From the NCBI GenBank assembly GCA_038087875.1, contig CM075987.1, positions 27,282,001 to 27,346,000 on the forward strand: a stretch of 64,000 bases of DNA, given 5' to 3'. This DNA is from Malacoraja senta. Its lineage: Eukaryota. Made by a program: the position numbers and the translations under genes. A model generated the notes under the pieces. The model was not told where the DNA came from and did not search any database. It saw nothing but the letters and a program-made list of their open reading frames with translations. Shown here in pieces: positions 13,950-26,537 of the stretch. Numbering within the stretch: position 1 is the first letter of the stretch; every line of letters starts with the position of its first letter.

Positions 13950-15141
13950 CCTGCCGCCCTGAGCGACAGACAAGCAAACCGTTTGAAGGGTTGGGACTAC
14001 TGCGGTAGCTCGAAACAGAAGCACTACCTGCTGCACAAAGTGCTGGAGGAACTCAGTGGGTCAGGCAGACCCTCCGTCCAACCAAATGTAGGGTCTCAAC
14101 ACAAAACATCACCAATCCACATTGGATGTGACAGTGCATGCAAGAGTGCAGAAGCAATTCACTCGGTTGTTGCTTGGGATGGAAGAGTTGACTTAAGAGG
14201 AAAGACCAGAGAAGCTACATCTGTCTTCCCTGGGGTGGAGGTTGTTCAGAGAAATGAAACAATGAGCGGTAGACAGCGGGAAAGTCTCCTCTTCAGAAGT
14301 AGATTCAACAGAAGGACAGGTTTAAGGCCAGGGGGAAGATTTAATAGAACAGAATATTTATAGATATATGGTATGGGGCACCACCACCACCCAGACAGCA
14401 GAGAGTTCCTGTAATACTCTGCTTGAGAGAGTGGCTGGAACTGGGTCACTGACGGCTGTGGAGGCCGGCAGTGGATATTTTTAAAGCAGAGATTGACAGA
14501 TTCTTGATTAATACGGGTGTCAGAGGTTATGGGGAGAAGGCAGGAGAACGGGGTTGAGAGGGAGAGATAGATCAGCCATGATTGAATGTCCTAATTCTGC
14601 TCCTGTCACTTTATGACCCGATGTGTCACCTGTTTCTTTTCTCCAGAGATGCTGCCTGACCCACTGAGTTACTGTGTCTATCTTCAGTTTTCCTTCCTGC
14701 TTACTTGGTTACGAGGCTGATTAGCAAATCACTGAGATGATTATTAAGGCAGTTATTAAAACAGGTCACAGTTTTCACCTACATACATTTTGCACAGTAG
14801 ATTTTAACTGTGTGCTTGAAAACAAAATGATTGCTCATTTTAATTCTAGTCAGTGAACCACATCACAGAAAATTGAATATATGAAAAAGTAAAGATTCAT
14901 AGATGCCATCAACAGACTTTCTAGAGTTATCAGAACCACATTTTAAGCCAGTTTCCAGACTGTTTTTATGAGCAGCAAAGCTTCTTGACAATCAGCATAA
15001 CAGAGTGCAGATTTTTATCAAATCTGCTCATCTTACTAAAAATAAATAATCTAACCTTTCAAAAAATGTATTTGCAAACATACTTCAGCATGGGCCTCAG
15101 GTATGTCACTCCACACCATCAGAAAAATGCAGGAGCTCTAT

Positions 15142-15436
15142 TAGACTTTAGAGATACAGCACGGAGATAGGCCCTTCGGCCCACCGAGTCCATGCCGACC
15201 AGCGATCACCCCATACACTAGCACGAGCCCACATTTTAGGGATGATTTACAGAAGCCAATTATCCTACTAACACACACGTTTTTGGAGTGTGGGAGGAAA
15301 CCGGAGCACCTGGAGAAAACCCACGCAGGTCACGGGGAGAAGGTACAAACTCCGTACAGACAGCACCCGTAGTCAGGATCGATCCCGGGTCTCTGGCGCT
15401 GTGAGGCAGCGACTCTACCGCTGCGCCACCGTGCCA
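15142..15436 (-). mobile_element. V-SINE (HE1-like)
   Basis: Full-length reverse copy. Confidence 0.8.
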
Positions 15437-16014
15437 ACCTGAATGGGGAGAATTGATGAGTTTGCCGCCCACTGTTAGAATAATTCTGGGAAAGAGGAAC
15501 TGCAGTGAAGTGGATCGACTGGAAAAGTTAGCCTCCTTCTCCTAAAAGGATTGAAGTTGGGAGGTGATTTGATGGATGGTTTAAAATCATAAAGCGTGTG
15601 AATGAAATGAATAACGAGAAACAGCTCTCAATGCTGGAAATGTCACTAATCAGCCGGTGGAGCTTTAAAGAATGACATGTTACACAAGGGCAATCTTGTT
15701 CATACAGCACCTTGTTCATGATTTGGAACCCCCAGCAACGGGACAAGGAGCTGGGAAAGTGACTGACGGGATTGCAGAGAGAGTCAGCAAAGGCTCAAGA
15801 GAGAGCTCGATAGGGCTCTTAAAAATAACGGAGTCAGGGGATATGGGGAGAAGGCAGGAACTGGGTACTGATTGGGGATGATCAGCCATGATCACATTGA
15901 ATGGCGGTGCTGGCTCGAAGGACCAAATGGCCTACTCCTGCACCTATTGTCTATAAAAGGCCCACACCCATCTCATTTGCCTTTATCGGCCTAGGAACAC
16001 AATTCCTCAGAACG

Positions 16015-16455
16015 GGGGTTTTAGAAAGATTGGGTCGGCTGGGCTTGTATTCACTGGAATCTAGAAGGATGAGAGGGAATCTTGTAGAAACATATAAAAT
16101 TCTAAAAGGATTGGCCTGGCTAGATGCAGGAAAAATGTTCCCAATGTTGGGGGGGGGGGGGGGGAGTCCAGAACCAGGGGTCACATAGTTTAAGAATAAG
16201 GGGTCGGCCATTTAGGACTGAGATGAGGAAAAACTTTTTCACCCAGAGATTTGTGAATCTGTGGAATTCTCTGCCACAGATGGCAGCGGAGGCCAATTCC
16301 CTGGATGTTTTCAAGAGAGAGTTAGGTTTAGCTCTTAGGGCTAAAGGAATCATGGGATATGGGGAAAAAGCAGGATTTTAGATGATCAACCATGATCACA
16401 TTGAGTGGCGGTGCTGGATTGAAGGGCCGAATGGCCTACTCCTGCACCTATTTTT
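16015..16455 (+). mobile_element. CR1-type LINE 3' fragment
   Basis: LGLYSLE.RRMRG.L.ETYKIL.G..FFTQR.VNLWNSLP; similar fragments at ~7385-7790, 9420-9815, 22700-23155, 26970-27360, 34250-34555, 48375-48915. Confidence 0.8.
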
Positions 16456-17050
16456 CAATGAGTCATGCTAGATATGTTTCCAAACACTAATAGTCAAGGT
16501 TAGACAACTGTGCATGGTTCTGGTCACCAGCTTCAAGCACCGTGAGAACTGTTTGAGAAGGTGCAAAGAAGATTTACAAGAGTATTATCAGAGTTGCTGG
16601 GCAAGGTGGATTTTCTTTGAAACAAAGGTGGTTAAGGCAAGATATAACTGACAGAGTATAGGAAGGAGATATAGAACTTAGTGACGCGGTGTCAGGACAA
16701 TAACTTCCCTACGTCAGCGAAAAGGAGCTAATTATTGACCAGGAAGCATGGTGGAGTACATGTCCCAATCAGCGTCAACGGTGCGGATGAGGAAATGGTT
16801 GAGAGCTTCAAGTTTCCCGGCATTAATATTACCAATGATTTGTCGTGGACCAACCACAGTGTACAGATAAATGATAAAGGGAATAACGTGAATAACGTTT
16901 AGTGCAAGATAAAGCCAGGAAAGTCCGATCAAAGATATTTCAATGGTCTCCAATGAAGTAGATAGTAGTTCAGGACTGCTTTCTGGTTGTGGTAGGATGG
17001 TTCAGATGCCTGATAACAGATGGGAAGAAACTGTCCCTGAATCTGGTGGT

Positions 17051-17178
17051 AGATGAAAATGCTGGAGAAACTCAGCAGGTGAGGTAGCTTTTCCTTCACT
17101 CCATAGATGCTGCCTCACCCTCTCCAGCATTTTATCTACCTTCGATTTTTTCAGCATCTGCAGTTCCTTCTTAAACAA
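17051..17178. mobile_element. Penelope pLTR-derived fold-back element inserted in a Rex-like fragment
   Basis: Flanked by CTGAATCTGGTGGT at 17037-17050 and 17179-17192. Confidence 0.75.
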
Positions 17179-17602
17179 CTGAATCTGGTGGTGTGTTTTC
17201 ACACGTCTACACCTTTTGCCCGATGGGAGGGGGGAGAAGAGGGAGTGGCCAGGGTGCGACTGGTCCTTGATTATGCTGCTGGCCTTGCCGAGGCAGCGTG
17301 AGGTGTAGATGGAGTCAATGGAAGGGAGGTTGGTTTGACCCAACAATTTCAACTATTGTAATTTAACAACAATTGTAATTGTTGAGTTGTAATTCAACAA
17401 TTGTAATCGATTCATGGATAGGACAGGTTTAGAGGGATGTGGACCAAACCTGGTTGGACTAGTGTAGATGAGACATGTTGGCTGGTGTGGGCAAGTTGGG
17501 CCGAAGGGCCTTTTTCCATCCTCTATACCCCTCTGACTCTATGACTCTCTGAGTGAACAATTGTAATTCAGAGAGGGGGGGCAGATTATTGCCAGTCTTT
17601 AC

Positions 17603-17678
17603 CTGCTAATGGACAACTGACTTGCTGCAAGTTGCCCAAGATCTTCTGGCCCAACAGATGAATAAGTCGTGTAACCAC
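17603..17678 (-). CDS. PNPLA7: PNPLA7 coding exon
   Basis: 76 nt, tttacag/gtaaag: VVTRLIHLLGQKILGNLQQVSCPLA(G). Confidence 0.93.
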
Positions 17679-19729
17679 CTGTAAAACAAACATGGGCAGA
17701 TTAAACGTGGCCGTCTGTGACCGTTTACTGCAATTCCTGCTTCATCAACATTGCCATCTGTAAAGCAAATGGAATAACAGTTCAAGTTGAAGTTCCCATT
17801 TCTTGTCACGTGCACCAATTAAGGTGCAGTGATATTTGAGTTACCATGCAGACATACAATTAAAAGAACACAATACACAATAGAACATCCACAGTGATCA
17901 CTGTGCTGGAAGGCAATAACGTTCAATCAGTCTTCCTCCTTTTGTTCACCCGTGTTTGGGGCCTTGACCCTCCGCAGTCACCGCTATGGACAGCCCGACG
18001 TACAAGCCCTCTTGTCGGGATGATCGAAGCTCCGACGTCGGGGCGGATCAAACACATAAATAATATAAAACATTGAACGGTTTGAATGCACATCACACCT
18101 CTACTTCCTTAGTAGACTGGGGAAATTCAGCATGACTCCAATGACAGATACAGACTTCTACAGATGCTCCACATAGAGCATTGTGTCCGGTTGCATCACA
18201 GCTTGACTTGTGAACAGCTCTGCCTAAGACTGCAAGAAATTGCAGAGAATAGTAACTGTAGCCCGGTCTATCACACAGACCAGACTTCCCACCATTGACT
18301 CCATCTACACTTCACGCTACCTCAGAAAAGCAGCCAACATAATCCAAGACTTGTCCCACCCCGGTCATTCCTTCTTCTCCCTGCTCCCATAAGGCAAAAG
18401 GCACAGAAGCTGGAAAGGGTGCCTGTTTCCACGTTGTATCTCTAAGGTCTAAGGACTGCTGACTTTGTATCAGTATCACAATGAACTATCAACTCCTGTA
18501 TGGCCAACCCCTGACCAAGGTCATCCAAATGTGCCGTGCAACATCCCACCTTTCCAATAATCTGCAAACTGGTTCATTTATTGTGATCGACAAGACAAAC
18601 TGGCAGCAATCTCAACTTCACAGATGGAGGTTGGTCCAGACCACAAGCCTACCGATTTCTGAAACGCTTTATTCAGCAAAACAACCAAAGACGAGTGCTT
18701 CAGCAGTAAAACAAAATGACTCAGGCCACTGTTACCGTGGAAACAATGCCTCTTGCCGAGCGCTGGGAATAAAATGCTTGCAGAAATGTCACATGCATCA
18801 TTCAAATCAAACGTTTCACCTTTCAACCGGCACCTGCATATAAACTCCAATCATTCTGGTAATAACTGTGCCGCTGACTATTCTGAAGTTGTATATACAG
18901 ACACACCTATGAAAGGAATTCAGAGCTCTGATTAAAAGTGATCATAAAAATGAAGAATTACTTAATCAGTGATCCCAGTGAACTTTACCTGATACTTAAA
19001 CATCATGGAATGACAAATCAGATCTGGAAATTGGCTCAGGTAAAATTGTCCCTAGTGTGTGTGTGTACGATAGTGTTAGTTGACGGGGTGGTCGTAGGTC
19101 GGCACGGACTCACTGGGCCGAAGGGCCTGCTTCGGCGCTGTATCTCTAAACTAAGCTAAACTAAACCCTGCATTAAGATAATACCTGGGGAAAGAGAAAA
19201 TGTGCTAACACTTCAGGTTGACAGCCTTTGTCCGAGCTGGCAACACTGATGAAGGGTCTTCGACCTGGAGCACTAACTCGGTTTCTCTTTTCACAAACAC
19301 CAGCAGAATGTGCTCAGAATATCCAGCATTTTCCACCTGGGTTTCAGATTTCCACTTGTGGGAGAGTCTAGGACTAGACGCCATAGACAGACACAGAATT
19401 AAAAGACGTCCTTTTAGGAAGGAGATGGGGAGAAATTTCTTTAGTCAGAGGGTGCAATTCTTACCACAGAAGGATGTGGAGGCCAAGTCAATGGATATGT
19501 TTACGGCAGAGATAGATTCTTGATTAGTACGGGTGACGGGTCAGGGGGAGAAGGCAGGAGAATGGGGTTAGGAGGGAGAGATAGATCAGGCATGATTGAA
19601 TGGCAGAGTAGCCATGATTGAATGGTGGAGTAGCCGTGATGGGCCGAATGGCCTAATTCTGCTGCTATCACATGATCTGAGTGACGACCTGCCTCACTTC
19701 TGTTGGTCTGAATGGGGAGATGTTCTTAC

Positions 19730-19843
19730 CTGTGGGTATCTGCGCTTGATAGAGTTCAAGGCCCCCTCGGGTAGCTTGGCTAGTTCAGAGTCTCTCACTG
19801 CATGTACAGTGGTGGCGGAGGGCTGGCGCGTGAGGGCTTCCAC
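19730..19843 (-). CDS. PNPLA7: PNPLA7 coding exon (third cNMP-binding domain)
   Basis: 114 nt, AG/gtaag: [38 protein letters not shown]. Confidence 0.95.
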
Positions 19844-20368
19844 CTGGGGTGGGGGTGGGAGACGGAAAGAAAACATGAACTATTAACAAGGAAAGACATT
19901 TTAGCATCTAACTTACCACATTCACATTTAGCAGTAATATTAGAGAATAGATAATGTTAATGGTCGCATGGATAGCCCAGGGTTAAAACATTTATTAGTT
20001 AATCACTTTGAAAAACCACATCATGTAATACAAATGAACTAAGGATACTGGTTTATCTCAAGGGTAGACACAAAATGCTGGAGTAACTCAGTGGGTCAGG
20101 CAGCATCTCTGGAGAAAACGGATAGGTAATGTTTCGGGTCGGGACCCTTCTTCATACTCGAGAAGTTTAAGTCTGAAGAAGTCTGAAAAACGTCACCTAT
20201 GTATTTTATCATACAGAGATGCTGCCTGCACCCCCCCCCCCACCCCAAGTTTCTCCAGCACTTTGTGCCTATCTTTGGTGTCACTTGTGTCTTAATATCT
20301 CCATAGTTTGGAAGGCCTGCATCAATTACTGGAGATGTTCAACTCTGGGCAACAGGAACTCCAGGATA

Positions 20369-21190
20369 TAGAATAGAATAGAATAGAATAGAATAGAATA
20401 CGTTTATTGTCATTGCACAATACTGTGCAACGAAATTCCATTGCATCTCCTCCGGTTAAAAAAATACAAACACGACAACCATTGACACATATGTACACTT
20501 ATTAGTAAAAATAATAAATAAGTATTTAAAAAGAATTTAAAAAGAATGTTGCATTTCTTGGAATTACATTTTGCTTCCCCAGTGTTCTCTGTTGGAATTA
20601 AGTTCTTTTATCGCACATGGGTAGAAACTATTTTTTAGTCTACCGGTGCGAGCCTTCAGAGACCCGAATCGCCTCCCAGAGGGTAGCAGAGTGAAAAGGT
20701 GGTTGGCAGGGTGGGATGTGTCCTGCTTGATGTTTATGGCCTGGCGCAAGCATCGGGCCCTATATATAGCATCCAAGGAGGGCAGTTGAGCGTTTGTGAT
20801 GCTCTGTGCAGTTTTTATAACTCTCTGCAGCGCCCTCCTCTCAGCCACAGTGCAGCTAGCAAACCACACCAGGATGCTATAGGAGAGGATACTTTCCACG
20901 GCGCATTGGTAGAAGGACAGCAGCAGCGACTGTGAGACGTTTGCTCTCCGCAGAGACCTCAGGAAATACAGCCGCTGCTGTGACTTCTTCACGAGAGTGA
21001 CGGTGTTCATTTGCCATTTGAGGTCCTGGGAGATGTTTATTCCCAGGAATTTAAAGCCAGTGACTCTCTCCACCATGTCTCCTTTGATGTATAGAGGAGC
21101 AGGTTCCTCTCTCGTCTTCCTCCTGAAGTCAACGACCAGTTCTTTTGTCTTTGATGGGTTGAGTACCAGGTTGTTTTTGGTACACCAGAC
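20369..21190 (-). mobile_element. Rex1/Babar-type LINE 3' fragment
   Basis: ORF VERV..FKFLG..KK.QQRLYFLR.L..HP...LF.LLPSGRR..NSFYP; (CTATT)n tail. Confidence 0.8.
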
Positions 21191-22289
21191 ACTTGAAGTA
21201 TAAACTTGAAGTAACTGTGCATTAGTTTGAAACCCATCCAGATGAATGGAATAAATACTTATCTGCTGATGTTCTGGGTACGAAAGGGAAAGGAGGTTGC
21301 TGCAGTTCCAAGCCAGTTACTAGTGCAGAGGAACACATCTTGTTGGAAGCTTGAGATTTAACACTTTTAACGACCACTAATGAGAAGCACATTTGCTGTA
21401 CTAAACCACTTACTGATGCCTTCCCTAACGTAGATAAATGTACAAACGCTAGTTTATCCAACTAGTTACTGTCATAGAGTCATGCAGCGTGCCCTTGCTA
21501 TTACATTTAATATCTCTTGAGAACATGATGCTGGGAATTAAATCAGACTTTCACCCACAAGCTAGCCTTTCACATAAACCCTAAAGCCCTATGATCATCC
21601 ACAATGCAGTAATTCCATATCTTGACATTATTCCCATACGCTGTTTAACATCACGTCTTAACAATGTGAAGGTGGGGTCAAGGAAAGAGCGTTCACGTCG
21701 CGGCCATGTTCCCACCACCACGCACAAGAAGCACTCTGGCTGCACAATTTTTTATCTTGTGATGTGGACCCAATAAGAAGAATGTAAAGGTACAATGGGT
21801 AGAATGACTAGATAATCTGCCACTTATTCTTTTCACAATTCACAATATCTGCAAATTTCGGCAGATTGAGTAGGAAAGAAATGCAGATGCTGGTTTACAC
21901 CGAAGATAGACACTAACTCAGCGGGTCGGTCAGGCAGCGTTTCTGGAGAGAAGAAATGGGTGAAGTTTCAGGTCCGAAGAAGGGTCTCGACCCGAAACTT
22001 CACCCATTCCTTCTCTCCAGAGATGCTGCCTGCTGAGTTACTACAGCATTTTGTGCCTAACTCGGGTAGATTCCTGTCCATTCTGCAGGAATGGAAAGAG
22101 AGCAGATTTCTTCCTGACAATCGCTGAATAAATGGAAGGTAGACGAAAAAACCCTGGTTTTACAGATGTAAAACCTCTTATTGTCACATGTACTGAGGTA
22201 CAGTGAAATGCACTTTGTATACAGTTCAGTACGTATCACCGTACATAAGCATCTCAGATACAATCCAAGTGTATAGTAGTTTAGTGTTG

Positions 22290-22590
22290 TACAGTTTGGA
22301 GATAGTGCGGATAGTAGTTTAAAACAGACCCTTCAGCCCACCGAGTCCGCACCGACAGCGATCCCCACATATCCTACACCCACTAGGGACAATTTATAAT
22401 TTTACCAAAGCCAATTAACCTACAAACCTGTACGTCTTTGGAGTGTGCGAGGAAACAGAAGATCTTGGAGAAAACCAACGTGGTCACTGGGAGAACGTAC
22501 AAACTCTGTACAGATAGCACCTGTAGTCAGGATGGAACCCAGGTCTCTAGCGATGTAAGGCACCAACTGTACCGCTGCGCCACTGTGCCG
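22290..22590 (-). mobile_element. V-SINE (HE1-like)
   Basis: Reverse copy. Confidence 0.75.
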
Positions 22591-23462
22591 CACGACTAGT
22601 ACACTGAGACAGATTTGGGGCTATTTTCAGATGATTTTCCAGATGCACAAGTTTTAATTGTCTTTTTCTCCGTCCACTTTCTTTGGAAAAGCACTAGACA
22701 ATAGGTGCAGGGGGAGGCCATTCGGCCCTTCGAGCCAGCAGTGCCATTCACTGTGATGGCTGAATAACCACATTCAGTACCCCGTTCCTGCCTTCTCCCC
22801 ATATCCCCTGAGTCCGCTATCTTTAAGAGCTCTATCTAACTCTCTCTTGAAAGCATCCAGAGAATTAGCCTCCACTGCCTTCTGATTCACAACTCTCTGG
22901 GTGAAAACGTTTTTACTCATCTCCGTTCTAAATAGCCGAACCCTTATTCTTAAACTGTGGCCCCTGGTTCTGGACTCCCCCAACATCGGGAACATGTTTC
23001 CTACCTCTAGCATGTCCAAACCCTTAATAATCTTATATGTTTCAATACGATCCCCTCTCATCCTTCTAAATTCCAGAGTATACAGGCCCAGCCGCTCCAT
23101 TCTATCAATATTTGACAGTCCCGCCATCCTGAGAATTAACCTGGTGAACCTACGCTCTAGATAAAAAGCCAATGACAGTTCTGGGCCAAACACTCGTGGA
23201 TAAACCAGCATCTGCAGCTCTTTCCTACACACTCGTGGATACATGATTGCTAGTATCCTACATCCTTTTTTTGCTACTAACCTACATCCTGGGGGCTTTT
23301 ACTTTGAGCTCTCACCTTGATTTGAGAAGTGGAAAAAGAAAAATGAAATCTCTCGTGCAGCAAGTTTTACCCCTTCACAGCTTCTCAAGCAAGAAAGCAC
23401 CTTGACTGTAGTCATGTAGCAAATGTCGCACCAAACCTATCATAACTACTAGCAGATAATTA

Positions 23463-23775
23463 GCTTAGAGATATAGCGCGGAAACAGGCCCTTTGGCCCA
23501 TGTCCACACCGACCAGTGATCCTCGCGCATTAACACACACACGGGGCAATTTACAATCTTTACCGAAACCAATGAACCTACAAACATGTACGTCGTTCGA
23601 GTGTGGGAGGAAACCGGAGCTCCGGGGGAAAACCCACACAGGTCACGGGGAGAAGGTACAAACTCCGTACAAACCGCACCTGTGGTTAGGATGGAACCCG
23701 GGTCTCTGGCGCTGTAAGGCAGCAACTCTGGCGCTGTAAGGCAGCAACTCTACCGCTGCGCCACAGTGCCGCCCC
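23463..23775 (-). mobile_element. V-SINE (HE1-like) with a short internal tandem duplication
   Basis: Reverse copy; ctctggcgctgtaaggcagcaa occurs twice. Confidence 0.75.
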
Positions 23776-25431
23776 CTGCTTTAATAATGAAGAGCAATTT
23801 CTCAACCAGTCCTACGAACTTCTAACGTGACACATCACGTAGCAACTACCAACATGACACAGCACTGTAGTGCAGCGGTAGAGTTGCTGCCTCACCACAC
23901 CAGAGTTATTACCTCAAAGATGCTGTCTGCCTCCATGAGCAAGTTTGTCTGAAGAAGGGTCTCGACTCAAAACGTCACCCATCCTTTTTCTCCAGAGATG
24001 CTGCCTGACCCGCTGAGTTACTCCAAATTACCTGCTGAGTAACACCAATAGGTTTCAATGAGGTCCCGCCTCATCCTTCTAAACTCCAGCAGGTACAGGC
24101 CCAGAGACATCAAACCCTCCTTATACGTTAATTAAATCATTCCCGGGATCATTCCCGTAAACCTCCACTGGACCCTCTCCAACTCCTCCAACGCCAGCAC
24201 ATCTTCTCTCAGTTGTAACGTAGATGTCCACCACTGATATTCCAGCAACAGCTGCTCCTGCACCTTCTTTAATCCAGAAATACAAGATTCTCATTCTCGT
24301 TAGCCGTTCCTTAATCTAAGGATGCTAAATCTGGCATTGTATTCCCTACATCCAAGTGGATTGGAGCAGCCCAACTCAAATAGACCTGCATGGAACTTGG
24401 TCAACTCTTTCCCAGCTTTCCTTCCTCCTGCACCAAGGAGGAAGGAATCAGTATGAAGGTCCCGAACTGAAACATCACCTATCCATGTTCTCCACAGATG
24501 CTGCCTGACTCGCTGAGTTACTCCAGCACTATGTGAAACGTCACATATCCATGTTCTCCACAGATGCTGCCTGACCCGCTGAGTTACTCCAGCATAGTGC
24601 AGTTTTGTTGAAACTCCTTGTTTCTACACCTTGGTAAATACTAGACCTTGCAGCCAGCGAGTGGTCCCACATCATTTCCAGTGAATAGTTAGTAAAAGTG
24701 CCCATTTTAGTTGAGTTTAGGTTGTAGTCACGATTTAATAGGAACCCAAGGGGTAGGATGGTGGGTGTGTGGAACGAGCTGCCAGAGGAGGTAGTTGAGG
24801 CTGGGACTATCGCAACGTTTAAGAAATGTATGGAGAGGTACACGGATAGGGCTGGTTCAGTCTAGTTTATTGTCACGTGTACCGAGGTACAGTGAAAAGC
24901 TTTTGTTGCTTGCAACCAGTCAGCGGAAAGACTACACATGAATACAATCGAACCATCTGGTTTTCAATGTTCAGTTTGATAAAAGTCCACTTTCAATGCA
25001 CAGAGCCATGCAATAAGCTATATTTTAAAATGAATCACATTTTTATTACTAAAAAAACAGATGCAGAGTACACAAATGATGACGTTTGAGTGATCGAAGC
25101 TGCAAACATCCACTTGGGGGTTGCTAGGTGATTACAGCATCAATGATCCCTCAGCAGTTCCTCCATTGGCAGCTGATGAGGATTTGGTCTAAAGGACAAA
25201 TGACGTATTGTTCAGTGGTTCAAATGCCACAGGTTGTTGTGGAACCTGAACTGACTTCATCCGTGACATATTCCCCGCATCCCTGATGTGGCGTAGACTT
25301 TTCCAAACTTGCATAGCAACAACAAAGCTCGGTACAAAAGACAACAAGTGAAGCCCACCCTTCTGTGTGAACGCTCTCATCTCTTTAAATGGTTCAAAGG
25401 TACTTTATTGTCACATGTACCTAGCTACAGT

Positions 25432-25772
25432 GTTTAGTTTAGTTTAGAGATACAGCGCAAAATCAGGACCTTCGACCCACCGAGTCCATGCCAACCAGCG
25501 ATCCCCACACACTTAACTATCCTACACACACGAGGGACAATTTACAATTTTACCAACCTAATTAACCTACAAACCTGGGGGGCAATTTACAGCGGGCCAA
25601 ATGACCTACAAACCCGCACGTCTTTGGGATGTGGGAGGAAACCGGAGTTCCCGGAGAAAACCCACGCAGGTCACGGGGAGAACGTACAAACTCCGTACAG
25701 ACAGCACCCGTAGTCAGGATCGAACCTGGGTTCCTGGCGCTGTGAGGCAGCAACTCTACCGCTGCACCACCA
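25432..25772 (-). mobile_element. V-SINE (HE1-like)
   Basis: Reverse copy. Confidence 0.75.
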
Positions 25773-26509
25773 TGCACGTCATTCTGGCTCACAGCAAGCA
25801 CAAAGCTCTGAAGCCAGCAAGTGAAGCCACCTCTCTGTGTGAAAACTCTCAACGTTTCAACGTTTGTTTATTGTCACATGTTCGCAGGTACAGTGCAATT
25901 CCTTTTTTGCAGGTGTAGGAAGGAACTCCAGATGCCATTTTAACACCGAAGATAAGACCCTAAATACTGGAGTAACTCAGCGGGTCAGGCAGCATCTCTG
26001 GAGAAAAGGAATAGGTGATGTTTCGGGTCGAGACCCCCCAGACGGGAAGATGGGTACACTGAAGCGATGCACAAGAGTCGCCATCTTGGTGATTCAAGTC
26101 CAGTTGTAAAAAATGTAGGGTCGTAACTTTGCCATAAAGGTCCCAGAGTCAAAGTTCCAAGGCCAGCCTTACATTTGAACTGGCAAATGGGACGAGCCTA
26201 TAAAGAGCATCTTTAAATCACAATGTTTCTATCCACAATTATCATAAGATCATAAGACATAGGAGCAGAATTAGACCATTGTGCCCATCGTTGGCTGCGC
26301 CATTCAATCACGGCTGACCTAGTTTTCACAATTTCAGAGTTCGGATCATGTATCTTGTGTTTTATGACTGTTGGCAGATCAATTTCCTGGCATTAATAAA
26401 GTTCTATCGTATCGTAAAGACCTTTTGAGCTATTAACAGCCTCTCTCTCTCTCTCTCTCTCTCTATAGATGACACAAAAAGTGTTTTTCTGCAATGTCTC
26501 CTTTTGTGA

Positions 26510-26537
26510 CTGAAGAAGGGTCTCGACCTGAAACGTC
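26510..26537 (+). ncRNA. Minimal hammerhead ribozyme motif
   Basis: CTGAAGA-A-GGGTC-TC-GACCT-GAAA-C-GTC (G:U closing pair in stem II). Confidence 0.5.

Noticed and set aside
18731..18744. RFX X-box-like GTTACCGTGGAAAC
   Set aside because: Single imperfect motif in an intron with no supporting context
25310..25880. Diverged ~70-100 bp direct repeat around a SINE
   Set aside because: Too degenerate to call a TSD and partly made of a common repeat tail
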